This document shows positions 1 to 10,450 of a stretch of 64,000 bases of DNA, piece after piece. The DNA is from an uncultured Actinomycetota bacterium (GTDB lineage: Bacteria > Actinomycetota > Actinomycetes > JADGOV01). Position 1 is the first letter of the stretch. The number at the start of each line of letters is the position of its first letter. The notes below the pieces were generated by a model that worked only from the letters and a program-made list of their open reading frames with translations, was not told the origin of the DNA and did not search any database. A program made the translations under genes and the position numbers. Location: positions 1,064,141 through 1,128,140 of the forward strand of contig CAWFCZ010000018.1 of assembly GCA_963814355.1 (NCBI GenBank), given 5' to 3'.

Positions 1-289
1 GGTTGTCGTGCACCGTGAGCCCGGCGAAGAGCCGCCGGCCCTCCGGCACGTGCGCGATGCCGATGTCCACGGTCTCCTCGACGGCCATGCCGGTCAGATC
101 CTTGCCCTGGAACCGGGCGGTTCCCGAGGTGATCCGGATCATGCCGGACAGGGCCCGAAGCAGGGTCGTCTTACCCGCCCCGTTCGGCCCGACCAGCGCG
201 ACGACCTGATGGGGGCCGACCTCGATGTCGACCTCCCAGAGCACCTGCACCCGGCCGTACCCGGCGGCTAGCCCCGTGACCTCGAGCAT
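1..289 (-). CDS. livF: Branched-chain amino acid ABC transporter ATP-binding protein (LivF-like), 3' truncated by window edge
   Basis: Manual translation from ATG at 289: MLEVTGLAAGYGRVQVLWEVD...GPNGAGKTT (Walker A)...AHVPEGRRLF; overlaps stop of upstream livG. Confidence 0.9.
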   Translation of the reverse strand, partial: MLEVTGLAAGYGRVQVLWEVDIEVGPHQVVALVGPNGAGKTTLLRALSGMIRITSGTARFQGKDLTGMAVEETVDIGIAHVPEGRRLFAGLTVHDN

Positions 290-1080
290 CACTGCTTCGC
301 CGTCCGCTGCGCGTACCGCTGGCCGAGGTAGGCCTCGATGACCCGCTCGTCGGACAGCACCTCCTGCGGCGGACCGATGGTGAGGACCCGGCCGTGGTGG
401 AGTACCAGGACGTCGTCGCTGATGGACAGGATGGCCTTCATCACGTGCTCCACCGCCACAATCGTCATGCCCTCGTCGCGCAGACTATGGATGAGCTCCA
501 GGCTGGGGTCGATCTCGGCCGACCGGAGCCCGGCCATCACCTCATCGAGCAGCAGCAGCTTCGGGCGCAGTGCGACGGCCTTGGCCATCTCCAGCCGGCG
601 GGCGTCGGCCACGGACAGTTCGCCGGGGGGCGTGTGCGCCCGGTGGGACAGCTGCACCCGGTCCAACACCTCGTCCGCCGCGGCCAGTCCGGCGGCGAAG
701 GAGTGCGAACGCGTCGGGCCGTGCACCGCGCTGAGCGCGACGTTCTCTCGGACGGTCAGCCCGCGGAAGGGCTTGACGATCTGGAAGGTCCGGGCCACGC
801 CGGCGTGTGCCACCTTCCAGGGTCTGGCGCCGGTCAGATCGGTACCGCCGATCAGGACCTTCCCGGCGCTCGGACGCAGGTGGCCGGTCACGACGTTGAT
901 AAACGTGCTCTTGCCCGCGCCGTTGGGTCCGATCACCCCGAGGATGCGGCCGGCCGGGAGAGCGAAGGTGACCTCGGCGAGCGCCTCCAACCCGCCGAAG
1001 CGGCGGCCGACGCCTCGGGTCTCCAACACCGGTGCGGCGGCGTCCTGCGAGGTGGCGTTGTCCCGGGCGGCGGCGCTCAT
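289..1080 (-). CDS. livG: Branched-chain amino acid ABC transporter ATP-binding protein (LivG-like)
   Basis: GPNGAGKST Walker A, ARTFQ, LLLLDE Walker B, VEH, VIEAYLG tail. Confidence 0.92.
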   Translation of the reverse strand: MSAAARDNATSQDAAAPVLETRGVGRRFGGLEALAEVTFALPAGRILGVIGPNGAGKSTFINVVTGHLRPSAGKVLIGGTDLTGARPWKVAHAGVARTFQIVKPFRGLTVRENVALSAVHGPTRSHSFAAGLAAADEVLDRVQLSHRAHTPPGELSVADARRLEMAKAVALRPKLLLLDEVMAGLRSAEIDPSLELIHSLRDEGMTIVAVEHVMKAILSISDDVLVLHHGRVLTIGPPQEVLSDERVIEAYLGQRYAQRTAKQ

Positions 1081-2150
1081 AGCCGGTAGGTCCTTATCGT
1101 GTCCAGAAACGAGATGCGTTTGGTGCGCCAGGAGTCACGGGCGAAGTTGACCGCGCCCTGGGGCAGCAGCACCACGGCGAGGATGATGATGGCGCCGAGA
1201 ATGAACGTGTGGTAGTCGGTGTAGTTCTGTCGCAGGTACTCGGACAGGTACTGCAGCACAACCGCGCCGATCACCGGACCCAGGACGGTGCCGCTGCCCC
1301 CGATGACCACCATGATGATGACCAGCACGGTGATCTCAACATCGAAGAGCCGCTGCGGGAAGATCGTCACTTGCTGATAGGCGTACGTCGCGCCCACCAA
1401 GCCGGTGATGAACGAGGACAACGCGAAGGCCATCGTCTTCGCCCGGGTGGTGTTGAGCCCGATCGCCCCGGCAGCGTCCTCGTCCTGGTGAATGGCCCGC
1501 AACCCGTAACCGAACCGGCTGCGGGCCAGCAGCGCAACCACCACCACCGACCCGACCGCCAGCGCCAGGAAGATCATGTAGAACCCGTCGGCGCCCGGGT
1601 AGGGCGTCCGGGCCTGCGACCCGATCGCCGGCACCGTGATACCGGCGCCCCCGCCGGTGATTCGGGGCAGGTTGGTGACGACCTCGCGCAGCCCTTCGGC
1701 CATGCCCAGGGTGGCGATCGCGAAGTAGTGGCCCTTGAGGCGCAATAGCGGCAGCCCGATCAGCGCCGCGAAACCGGCTGCCAGCAACCCGCTGATCGGC
1801 AGCGCCAACCAGAACGGCAGGTCGTTCTTGGACATGAGCACCGCGGTGGTGTATCCGCCGAGGCCGAAGAACGCGACGTGGCCGAAGCTCGCGTACCCGG
1901 TGAAGCCGCCGATGATGTTCCAGGACTGCGCGAGAGCGACGTACATGAAAATCGTCGATACGGTGCGGACCTGACCGCTATAGAGCTGCGAGGGCAGCAG
2001 CAACAGCCCGATGACGACCAGGATGCCGGCCCCCCACGGCGCGAAGGCGCGGGCGGCCGCCCGGCGGGAAGCGACCGCGGCCGCTCGCGGCTCGGGAGGG
2101 GCCTCGGCGGCCTGCGGCGGGCCGGCCGTCCCGGCCGGAACGGACATCAC
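1077..2150 (-). CDS. livM: Branched-chain amino acid ABC transporter permease (LivM-like)
   Basis: GYASFGHVAFFGLGGY, LRLKGHYFAIATL, multiple TM segments; overlaps neighbours. Confidence 0.9.
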   Translation of the reverse strand: MMSVPAGTAGPPQAAEAPPEPRAAAVASRRAAARAFAPWGAGILVVIGLLLLPSQLYSGQVRTVSTIFMYVALAQSWNIIGGFTGYASFGHVAFFGLGGYTTAVLMSKNDLPFWLALPISGLLAAGFAALIGLPLLRLKGHYFAIATLGMAEGLREVVTNLPRITGGGAGITVPAIGSQARTPYPGADGFYMIFLALAVGSVVVVALLARSRFGYGLRAIHQDEDAAGAIGLNTTRAKTMAFALSSFITGLVGATYAYQQVTIFPQRLFDVEITVLVIIMVVIGGSGTVLGPVIGAVVLQYLSEYLRQNYTDYHTFILGAIIILAVVLLPQGAVNFARDSWRTKRISFLDTIRTYRL

Positions 2151-3031
2151 ACCTCCACTCGGGCGGCGTAGAACGGCTTACCCAAAAGACCGGTCGGGCG
2201 GACGATGAGAACGAGGATAAGGACCGCAAAGGCGATCGCATTGACCAGCGTGCCCGGTAAATATTGCCCGCCCCAGGCCTGGACGAGGCCGATGAGCAGG
2301 CCGCCCGCGAGCGCGCCGTACATGTTGCCGAGCCCGCCCAGCACGGCGATCACGAAGCTCAGCAGCGTGAACCTCCCGGCGTCGGTGGGGCTGAACGTGC
2401 CGACCGTGCCCACCATCGCTCCGGCCGCCCCGGCCAACGCCGCCGCGATGCCGAAGGTGAGGGCGTACACGTGACGAGCCCGGATGCCCATCAGCCGGGC
2501 CGCGCCACGGTCCATCCCGGTCGCCCCGATGGCCAGGCCGGTCCGGGTCCGGGTCATCACCGCCACCAGCCCGACGCTGATCACGATGGCCAGCAGGAAG
2601 GCGAACAGCCGACCGTAGGGCAGCCGGACGGTGCCCATCGCCAGGCTGTGAGCGGCATAACGGGTAGGAATGGCACGGTAGTCGGCCGAGAACACCAGGA
2701 TCAGCCCGTTCACCAGCAGCAACTGCAAACCGAAGGTGAGCAACAAGGTGATGAATACCGGCGCGTTCACCACCAGGTTGATGAGCAGTCGCTGGATGGC
2801 GTAGCCGAAGACGAACAGCGCCGCCGCCGCGAGGAACATGCCGAGGAACGGGTCTAGCCCGAAGGTGGCGTTGACTTCCCAGGCGATGTAGGCGCCGATC
2901 AGGACGAACGAGCCGTGGGAAAGGTTGACCACGTTCATCACCCCCCACACCAGGGAGAACCCCACCGCGATAAGCGCGAGGAGTCCGCCCTGGAGCAAGC
3001 CGTACAGCGTGGCCTGGAGGAACTGGTTCAT
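2147..3031 (-). CDS. livH: Branched-chain amino acid ABC transporter permease (LivH-like)
   Basis: GFSLVWGVMNVVNLSHG, VLGGLG, LIVRPTGLLG motifs. Confidence 0.9.
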   Translation of the reverse strand: MNQFLQATLYGLLQGGLLALIAVGFSLVWGVMNVVNLSHGSFVLIGAYIAWEVNATFGLDPFLGMFLAAAALFVFGYAIQRLLINLVVNAPVFITLLLTFGLQLLLVNGLILVFSADYRAIPTRYAAHSLAMGTVRLPYGRLFAFLLAIVISVGLVAVMTRTRTGLAIGATGMDRGAARLMGIRARHVYALTFGIAAALAGAAGAMVGTVGTFSPTDAGRFTLLSFVIAVLGGLGNMYGALAGGLLIGLVQAWGGQYLPGTLVNAIAFAVLILVLIVRPTGLLGKPFYAARVEV

Positions 3032-3064
3032 CTGCCGGTCACTTTTCTCGAATTGGCGACGCAG

Positions 3065-4297
3065 TCAGGACTTGGTGCCCGGCCAGACCATCGGCGCCTC
3101 GGCGCCCTCCTTCGGCCAGACGTTGACCACCTTGCCGTTCTGGATCTGGATGACCTGCATCTTCTTCGTGACGTTCTTTCCGGTGGAGTCGAACTTGATC
3201 GGTCCGAAGAAGGATGTGGTGTTCATCGCGGCCAGCGCGTCCCGCACCTTGTCCGGGTCGGTGGACCCGGCCTTCTGCACGGCTAAAGCCATTGCAAGGC
3301 ACCCCGCGGTCGCCATGGCGTTGTGGTACTCCGGCGGTCGGCCGTACTTGGCCTGGAAGCTCTTCGCGTAGTCCTCGGCGGTTCCGAACAGCGGCTCGCT
3401 GCCGCTGGTAGTTTTCGTCCACTGGCTGGAGCCCAGCACCCCGTTGGCCAGGGAGCCGAGCGTGCCGGCGAAGTCAGGGACCGGCGGGGCCACGCTCTCA
3501 CCGAACCCTCCGGCCGGGCGGAAGCCGAGTTCGTTGCTCTGCTTGATGATGGCCACGCCCTCCGCGAGGTGCACCGAGCCGATCACCAGGTCGGGGTGCA
3601 GCCCACGCACCTTGGTGATCGCCGAGCTGACATCGGTCGCCCCATTCGGGAAGTACTCGGTGCCCAACACCTTGAGACCAAGGTTCTTGGCGGTCGCGAT
3701 GCCACCAGTGGTGACCGTCTTGGAGAACCCGTCGTCGGCCGAGAGAAACACGACCGTCTTGGGCTTGGGTGTGCCCAACTCCATCACGGCCTTGATAATC
3801 GATGACGCGTACTCGGTGGCCGGGGAGAGTACGGCGAAGGTCCGCTGGTAGCCCTTGGAGAAGATGGAGTCGTCCGCCCCCGAACTGTCCACCATCGTCT
3901 GGCCGAGGCGCTCCACCACGGCCGCCGCCGCCTCGGTGGTCGCCGAGCCGTAGGGACCGAGAATCAGCTTGAGGCCTTTGTCGTTGAACTGCTCGACAAT
4001 CTGGCCGGCGGTGTCCGGGATCGACTGGTCGTCCTGGTACGTGATCTTAATCTTCTGAGTCTTGTCACCGACCTTGATGCCGCCCTTGCCGTTGATCGTG
4101 TCCGTGCATAGCTGGTAACCCTCCTGCGTGAGCTTGCCCTCCTTCGCGATGGCCCCGGTGAGTGAGACCGAAGCGCCCAGGTTCACCGTGTCGCTCCCGG
4201 AACCGCCGCTCGCCGACTTGTCCTTGGAGCCACAGCCCGCCGAGGTCAGGGCCAGCGCCAGAGCCAGGGTTGCGGTCCCCGCCATGCGTGTACGCAT
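3065..4297 (-). CDS. ABC transporter substrate-binding lipoprotein (LivJ/LivK periplasmic binding type 1)
   Basis: Start re-assigned to ATG 4297 (MRTRMAG...); lipobox SAGC; GASVSLTG, DDQS, ILGPYGS, FGPIKFD motifs. Confidence 0.88.
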   Translation of the reverse strand: MRTRMAGTATLALALALTSAGCGSKDKSASGGSGSDTVNLGASVSLTGAIAKEGKLTQEGYQLCTDTINGKGGIKVGDKTQKIKITYQDDQSIPDTAGQIVEQFNDKGLKLILGPYGSATTEAAAAVVERLGQTMVDSSGADDSIFSKGYQRTFAVLSPATEYASSIIKAVMELGTPKPKTVVFLSADDGFSKTVTTGGIATAKNLGLKVLGTEYFPNGATDVSSAITKVRGLHPDLVIGSVHLAEGVAIIKQSNELGFRPAGGFGESVAPPVPDFAGTLGSLANGVLGSSQWTKTTSGSEPLFGTAEDYAKSFQAKYGRPPEYHNAMATAGCLAMALAVQKAGSTDPDKVRDALAAMNTTSFFGPIKFDSTGKNVTKKMQVIQIQNGKVVNVWPKEGAEAPMVWPGTKS

Positions 4298-4330
4298 TGT
4301 TCCGCCTTCGTGATCGCCGTATTGCTCCGA

Positions 4331-4356
4331 AACGTGATACGTTGTATACGTCGTTG
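4331..4356. promoter_or_regulatory. Candidate GntR/FadR-family operator upstream of the ABC operon
   Basis: AACGTGATACGTT dyad followed by TGTATACG, AT-richer island about 35-60 bp upstream of the binding-protein start; resembles GT-N-AC GntR sites. Confidence 0.4.
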
Positions 4357-4448
4357 GCGGGGCGTACGCAACCCCTATGGGTCTTTGTTCCCTAGGCTTC
4401 TTGACATCGTTACGCTTGAGGGAAACCTGCGGCGGCCGCGCGCGGCCC

Positions 4449-5123
4449 TCAGTCGTTGCGATTGAGCAACATCGCCAGCGGATCGGCCGAGCGGTCGATG
4501 GCCCGCATTGCCGACACCAGATCGGTGCGCGCGGCGTCGATGCTGGCCCGGAGCAGAGCGGTGAGCCGCGGCGCATCGGCCGCCCGCAGCGCCTGCACCA
4601 TCGCCCGCTGCTCGTCGAGCACCCGGTCCCGGCGGCCGAGCACGTGAGCATGCACCCGGGCATACGGTTCGACCAGATTCAGCGCCTGGACGACCATCCG
4701 TACGGTGTGCCGCCGGCCGCTCAGCTCATACATCCGGCGCAGGAACGCGTAGTCCAGCGTCGACCACGACTCCGAGTTGCGCACCGCGAGCTCGGCCAGG
4801 CGGTCGACCAGCCCGGCCAACTCCTCGACGTCTTGGCGCCTGGCCTGGGCGACCACCGCGGGGGCCAGCGGCGGCTCGAGGTGCAACCGCAAGTCGTAGA
4901 GCTCCTCGACCTCATCGGCAGACAGCTCGGTAACCAGGGCCCCCAGGCCGGGGCGCATCACGACCAACCCTTCCCCCACCAGCGTGCGCAGCGCCTCGCG
5001 GAGCGGGATCCGGCTCACTCCGAAGCGCCGGGCGAGTTCGTCCTGGTTGAGCGGCTGCCCGGGGACGAGGACCCGCTCGCCGATGGCGCGGCGAAGCAGG
5101 CTGGCGATGTCATCAGGTCGCAT
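4449..5123 (-). CDS. GntR family transcriptional regulator (FCD domain)
   Basis: ELARRFGVSRIPLREAL wHTH; start re-assigned to ATG 5123. Confidence 0.88.
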   Translation of the reverse strand: MRPDDIASLLRRAIGERVLVPGQPLNQDELARRFGVSRIPLREALRTLVGEGLVVMRPGLGALVTELSADEVEELYDLRLHLEPPLAPAVVAQARRQDVEELAGLVDRLAELAVRNSESWSTLDYAFLRRMYELSGRRHTVRMVVQALNLVEPYARVHAHVLGRRDRVLDEQRAMVQALRAADAPRLTALLRASIDAARTDLVSAMRAIDRSADPLAMLLNRND

Positions 5124-5346
5124 CCGGCGTTTCTCCTCGGCGGCCGCTTCGGGCGGTGTTGAGGTCCGCCGTGGACACTGTGGTACGACGATCACGGGCT
5201 TGTCGACATCCGCGCCGCGCCGCGGCCGGCGGCTGACGTGCGAGCGCTGGCCCGACCCCGGCACGACCAGCCTCCGGCGCGGCCATATCGTCGACCACCT
5301 TAGCCTCGTTTCCCGAGCACAGCCGGGATGATCGGCCGGGAGGGCC

Positions 5347-6525
5347 ATGACGCTGCCACTCGACGGCTGCACCGTCGTCGCCCTGGAACAGGCGGTCGCC
5401 GCTCCGCTCGCCACCCGGCAGCTGGCCGATCTCGGTGCCCGAATCGTCAAGATCGAACGACCTGGGGTCGGCGACTTCGCCCGCGGCTACGACGAGACGG
5501 TGCACGGGCTGTCCAGCTACTTCGTGTGGCTCAACCGCTCGAAAGAATCGGTCACGTTGGACATCAAGGCGGCTGAGGGGGCCGAAATCCTCCACCAGCT
5601 GCTGGCGACGGCGGACGTCTTCGTGCAGAACCTGCTGCCGGGTGCGACCGCGCGGCTCGGCCTGGACGCGGACACCCTGGCCGACCGCTTCCCCCGGCTC
5701 GTGGTGTGCGACATCAGCGGGTACGGCGACACCGGCCCCTACCGCGACAAGAAGGCCTACGACCTGCTCATCCAGTGCGAGGCGGCGATCGTGGCGGTCA
5801 CCGGCACCGAGAGCGAACCGGTGAAGGTCGGGATCGCGGTGGCCGACATCGCGGCCGGAATGTACGCGTTCTCCGGCATTTTGGCCGCCCTGCTGCATCG
5901 CGAACGCACCGGGCAGACCCGGCCGGTGCAGGTGTCGATGCTGGAGGCGGTCGGCGAGTGGATGGGGCAACCGCTGCTCTACACCGCCTACGGCGGCAGC
6001 CCACCGCCGCGCCGGGGGGCTGCGCATGCCAGCATCGCGCCGTACGGGCCGTTTCGGACCGCCGACGGCACGGTGCAGCTCGGGGTGCAGAACGAGCGCG
6101 AGTGGCGGCGGTTCTGCACCGACGTGCTGGCCGCGCCGCGCCTCGCCGCAGACCAGCGGTTCGCCACCAACAGCCGGCGGATCGCCCGCCTGGCTGAGCT
6201 GACCGCGTTGATCGAGGCCACTTTCCGCCCATTGACCTCGGCGGAGGTGATCCGGCGCCTCGACGCGGCCTCGATCGCGAACGCCGCGGTCAACGATGTG
6301 GCCGCCTTCGCCGCTCACCCGCAACTCACCGCCCGGGCGCGCTGGCGGGCGGTGGGAACCCCCGCCGGGCCGGTACGGGTACTCGCCCCGCCGGCTGTCC
6401 CCGGCGGCCAGGAACCGCGGCTGGACCCGGTGCCGGCGCTGGGTGCCCACACCAAGGCCGTCCTGTCCGAACTCGGCTGGCCGGCGGGGAAGATCGCCGG
6501 GTTGCGCGAACGAGGGGTGATCTGA
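5347..6525 (+). CDS. CaiB/BaiF family III CoA-transferase
   Basis: LADLGARIVKIERP.GDFAR, NRSKES, ISGYG, AYD, PALGAHT motifs. Confidence 0.92.
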   Translation: MTLPLDGCTVVALEQAVAAPLATRQLADLGARIVKIERPGVGDFARGYDETVHGLSSYFVWLNRSKESVTLDIKAAEGAEILHQLLATADVFVQNLLPGATARLGLDADTLADRFPRLVVCDISGYGDTGPYRDKKAYDLLIQCEAAIVAVTGTESEPVKVGIAVADIAAGMYAFSGILAALLHRERTGQTRPVQVSMLEAVGEWMGQPLLYTAYGGSPPPRRGAAHASIAPYGPFRTADGTVQLGVQNEREWRRFCTDVLAAPRLAADQRFATNSRRIARLAELTALIEATFRPLTSAEVIRRLDAASIANAAVNDVAAFAAHPQLTARARWRAVGTPAGPVRVLAPPAVPGGQEPRLDPVPALGAHTKAVLSELGWPAGKIAGLRERGVI

Positions 6526-6526
6526 G

Positions 6527-7696
6527 GTGGACTCCTGGGTGCGGGATCTCCACCCGGACGAGCGGGCGATCCTCGGGGTGGTGCGCGACTTCGTCGAGCA
6601 CGAGGTGCGACCGGTCGTGGCCGAACTCGAGCACGGCAACGTCTATCCCGAGCGGCTCATCGAGGCGATGAAGGAGTTGGGAGTCTTCGGCCTCGGCGTG
6701 CCGGCGCCCTACGGCGACGTGGCGGTGTCGCTGCCGGCGTACGCCCTGATCACCGAAGAGGTGGCTCGGGGCTGGATGAGCCTGGCCGGGGCATTCGGCG
6801 GCCACACGGTGGTGGCCAAGCTGCTCGTCGAGTTCGGCACCGAGGCACAGCGGCAGGCCTACCTGCCGCGGATGGCGACCGGAGAGATTCGGGCCACCAT
6901 GGCGCTCACCGAGCCGGGCGGTGGGTCGGATCTCCAGGCGATGCGGACCGTCGCCCGGCCCGTGGACGGCGGGTATCTGGTCAACGGATCGAAGACGTGG
7001 ATCACCAATGCCCGCCGGTCCCAACTCATCGCACTGCTCTGCAAGACCGACCCGGCGGCCGACCCGCCGTACCGCGGGGTGTCGATCCTGCTCGTCGAGC
7101 ACGGACCGGGCGTTTCGGTATCCCGGGACCTGCCGAAGCTCGGCTACAAGGGCGTGGAGAGCTGCGAGCTGGCCTTCGACGACCTCGCGGTTCCGGCTGC
7201 TGCGCTGCTCGGCGGCATACCGGGAGCCGGCTTCGCGCAGATGATGCGCGGTCTGGAGGTCGGGCGGATCCAGGTGGCCGCCCGGGCGGTCGGAGTGGCC
7301 CGGGCCGCGTTCGAGGATTCGCTGCGCTACGCGCAGCTGCGGCATTCCTTCGGTAAGCCCATCTATGCCCACCAGTCGATCGGCAACTACCTCGCCGACA
7401 TGGCGACACGCCTGCAGGCCGCCCGGCTGCTCACGCTCGACGCCGCGCGGCTGGGCGAAACCGGCCAGCGGGCGGATCTGGAAGCCGGCATGGCCAAACT
7501 CTTCGCTTCGGAGGCGGCCATGGAGATCTGCCTGAACGCGGTGCGCATCCACGGCGGCTACGGGTACTCCACCGAGTTCGACGTCGAGCGCTACTTCCGG
7601 GACGCCCCACTGATGATCGTCGGCGAGGGGACCAACGAGATCCAGCGCAACATCATCGCCCGACAGTTGGTTGCCAGGCACCCGGTGCACGGATAG
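6527..7696 (+). CDS. Acyl-CoA dehydrogenase
   Basis: ALTEPGGGSD, NGSKTWITNA, IHGGYGY, IVGEGTNEIQR. Confidence 0.93.
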   Translation: MDSWVRDLHPDERAILGVVRDFVEHEVRPVVAELEHGNVYPERLIEAMKELGVFGLGVPAPYGDVAVSLPAYALITEEVARGWMSLAGAFGGHTVVAKLLVEFGTEAQRQAYLPRMATGEIRATMALTEPGGGSDLQAMRTVARPVDGGYLVNGSKTWITNARRSQLIALLCKTDPAADPPYRGVSILLVEHGPGVSVSRDLPKLGYKGVESCELAFDDLAVPAAALLGGIPGAGFAQMMRGLEVGRIQVAARAVGVARAAFEDSLRYAQLRHSFGKPIYAHQSIGNYLADMATRLQAARLLTLDAARLGETGQRADLEAGMAKLFASEAAMEICLNAVRIHGGYGYSTEFDVERYFRDAPLMIVGEGTNEIQRNIIARQLVARHPVHG

Positions 7697-7708
7697 CCGG
7701 TCCGTCGC

Positions 7709-10210
7709 TTACCCTCGGCCTTTGGGAATGATCGGTACCCGGGGACGGGGCAGCCCGGCGTTGGCCCGCGCGAGCAGGCGTTCCAGCCTCGCGGCCGACA
7801 TGGGCGGACCAAGGAAGAATCCCTGCGCCGACTCACAGCCCATCGAGACCAGATGATCACGCTGCTGGCGGTTCTCGACGCCTTCGGCCACCACCCGTAA
7901 CCCGAGGCGGTTTCCGAGGCCGAGCAAGGTTTCCACGATGGTGGCGTCGACCGGGCTGCTGAGCATGCGGGCCACGAAGGATTGGTCGATCTTGAGCTCG
8001 TGCGCGGCGACGTGGGAAAGAAAGGTCAGACAGGAGAATCCGGTCCCGAAGTCGTCGACCGACAGTTGGACGCCCACTCGGCCCAGTTGCTGGAGGACCT
8101 CGTCCACCACATCCAACTGGCGCATCATCACGGTTTCGGTGATCTCCAGGGTGAGCCGGCACGGCGCCACTGCGTACCGCTCGAGCAGCGCGGCCACATC
8201 AGCCGGTAGCGAACGATCCAGCAGGTCCCGGGCGGAGAGGTTCACCGCTACCGTGACGGCCGGATGGTCCGCGCTCCAGCCGGCGGCAGCGGCCAACGCC
8301 AGCTCGAGTACCTGCCGGGCGAGGCCGGACACCAAGTTGGACGCCTCGATGACCGGGATGAAAGAGGATGCGTCGAGTAGTTTCCCGCCGGGCGTGCGCC
8401 ACCGAGCCAGCGCTTCGGCGCCTTGGGCGGCACCGCTACGGAGGTCCATCTTGGGTTGGAAGAGCACCTCCAGCTGGCCGCGGTGCAGGCTCGGGTGCAA
8501 CTCGCTGAGTGACTTCGCCTGGCGGCCGCCGCGCCATCCGCCGGCGCGCGAGCTGCCCTGCTTCGCTACGCCGAAGCTTGGTGAGGAGCGAGTGGCCCGC
8601 AGCGCCTTTGCCCGGTACATCGCGGCATCCGCGCGGCGCAGCAGATCCGCCACGGTCACCCCATCGGCCGGCGCCAGGGCCACTCCGACGCTGGCGGCCA
8701 TCTCGATCTCGATACCGCTGATCACGGCCGGCCCGGCGAGGGCCGACAAGATGCTCGCGTTGGCCGCGGCGACATCGGGCTCACCTGCCAGGTCGGGCGC
8801 CAACACTGCGAACTCGTCGCCCCCGAGCCGGACCACGAGATCGCTGGGTCGAACACCGGACACCAAGCGCCGCCCAATCTCGCGAAGAAGCTGGTCACCC
8901 ACGTCATGGCCGAGGGAGTCGTTGACGTCCTTGAAGTGGTCCAGGTCAACCAGGAAGAGGGCCGCCCACCGGGAACCGCGGACGGCTGCGTCGACGAGTT
9001 CGGCGCCGCGCTCGGTCAACACCGTGCGGTTGGCCAGCCCGGTCAGCGCATCGTGGGCGGCTTCGTGGGCCTTGCGCTCGGCATGGCGCTCCAACTTCTC
9101 GTACAGTTCGGCATTGAGCAGGGCCGCAGTGAGCGCATGGCTGAACGTGGACAGCGCCCAGGACTCCCGCTCACTGAGCACGACCGGCGTGGCATAGAAC
9201 AGCCGAAGCTCGCCGACCCGGATCCCGGAACCCGCCAGCGCTCGGTTGACCAGACTGCCGGGCCGTTCCGGGCCGAGGGGCCGCGCCGGGGGGCCGACGG
9301 CCCCGGTCGAGCTGAGATTCAACCGACCCGGACCGCCCCGCTCCAGCAACACCTCGACGCCGTCGCAGCGAAACAGTTCGGTCGCCCGAGCCAACGCCAC
9401 GCTGAGCACGGCGGCATGGTTGAGCTGGTTGAGTTCCCGGGTGGCGGCGTCGAGTCGCTCCCACGCCTCCCGTTCCTGGACGACCCGCAAAGCGCCCGAT
9501 TGTGCGCCGTGCAACCCGCCCACGATGAAGGGCAAGGCGACGAGCGTCACGTAGTGATCTCCGGTGATCAGGAGGAAACTGATGCCCGCCAACCCGCTGG
9601 TGAAGGACAGCCCCTGACTGACCCAGAAACCGGTCCAGACTTCTCGACGAAAGGCCAACCACCGCAGCTCGCTGACAACTGCGGAAATAGCCACATTGCT
9701 GATCAGCGAGTAGCCAAGGGCAGCCGCGATCAATAGCAGTATGGCGGTCCCCGACATGTCCAGCGGCGGTGGATTCCCTAGTCGACCGAAGGCGACGACG
9801 ACGACGAGCGTGCCCAGCGTCGCGACTCCGGCGTTGTACAGGCTCTTCGCCGTCCCGCGCCGGGCAGTGGCGTGGGCGAGGCCACTACCGAGCCAGGTGA
9901 CCAGTAACAGGTCAGGTCCGGCCAGCAACCCCAGACCGAGAACAAGCGGGACCTCGTCCCACACATGGGCTACCCGATCGGCGCGGAATTGCAGCCGCAA
10001 CGGCATCCGGTTGGCGCAGACAATTAGGGACGCAATGACTAGTGATAGCCCAGCGCGTACCGCAGGCGGCATATCGCCGGCAGCCGTGCTCACGGCGCGC
10101 TGCAGGCTGAGGACCACCACACCCGTTGCACTGGTGATGACACCGGTGAGTAGAACACGCCGCCGAAGCGCGTCGCCCGCGCCGGTATCCGGCGAGATCG
10201 CGGTCATCAC
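7709..10210 (-). CDS. Membrane-anchored diguanylate cyclase/phosphodiesterase (multi-TM N-terminus, GAF-like linker, GGDEF, EAL)
   Basis: HDALTGLANR, DLDHFKDVND, RLGGDEF, EAL (AEALARW), LEITE, DDFGTG, VVAEGVE; hydrophobic first ~235 aa. Confidence 0.93.
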   Translation of the reverse strand: MMTAISPDTGAGDALRRRVLLTGVITSATGVVVLSLQRAVSTAAGDMPPAVRAGLSLVIASLIVCANRMPLRLQFRADRVAHVWDEVPLVLGLGLLAGPDLLLVTWLGSGLAHATARRGTAKSLYNAGVATLGTLVVVVAFGRLGNPPPLDMSGTAILLLIAAALGYSLISNVAISAVVSELRWLAFRREVWTGFWVSQGLSFTSGLAGISFLLITGDHYVTLVALPFIVGGLHGAQSGALRVVQEREAWERLDAATRELNQLNHAAVLSVALARATELFRCDGVEVLLERGGPGRLNLSSTGAVGPPARPLGPERPGSLVNRALAGSGIRVGELRLFYATPVVLSERESWALSTFSHALTAALLNAELYEKLERHAERKAHEAAHDALTGLANRTVLTERGAELVDAAVRGSRWAALFLVDLDHFKDVNDSLGHDVGDQLLREIGRRLVSGVRPSDLVVRLGGDEFAVLAPDLAGEPDVAAANASILSALAGPAVISGIEIEMAASVGVALAPADGVTVADLLRRADAAMYRAKALRATRSSPSFGVAKQGSSRAGGWRGGRQAKSLSELHPSLHRGQLEVLFQPKMDLRSGAAQGAEALARWRTPGGKLLDASSFIPVIEASNLVSGLARQVLELALAAAAGWSADHPAVTVAVNLSARDLLDRSLPADVAALLERYAVAPCRLTLEITETVMMRQLDVVDEVLQQLGRVGVQLSVDDFGTGFSCLTFLSHVAAHELKIDQSFVARMLSSPVDATIVETLLGLGNRLGLRVVAEGVENRQQRDHLVSMGCESAQGFFLGPPMSAARLERLLARANAGLPRPRVPIIPKGRG

Positions 10211-10423
10211 CGTGCCATTTCTACTCGGTTATCGATTCGGAATGCGACGGTAAACACCGGCAGCCGACACCTGCGCTCCCAGAAGTTCGGTGAGCGATCG
10301 TCGCTGTGCGTAAGGTATCGGCTACCAGGCGCCGACAGTCGCCGCATGGCCGTACCAGACCCGTGCGGTGCGGTACAGGCAGTCGGAGCAATTGGGCATT
10401 GGGGGCTTAGAAGGGGGGTAGCC

Positions 10424-10450
10424 ATGAACCGCGGCAGGATCTGGACCTGA
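10424..10450 (+). CDS. Putative 8-aa micropeptide MNRGRIWT
   Basis: AGAAGGGGGG SD-like tract 5 nt before ATG; ATG AAC CGC GGC AGG ATC TGG ACC TGA; divergent from GGDEF-EAL gene. Confidence 0.4.
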   Translation: MNRGRIWT

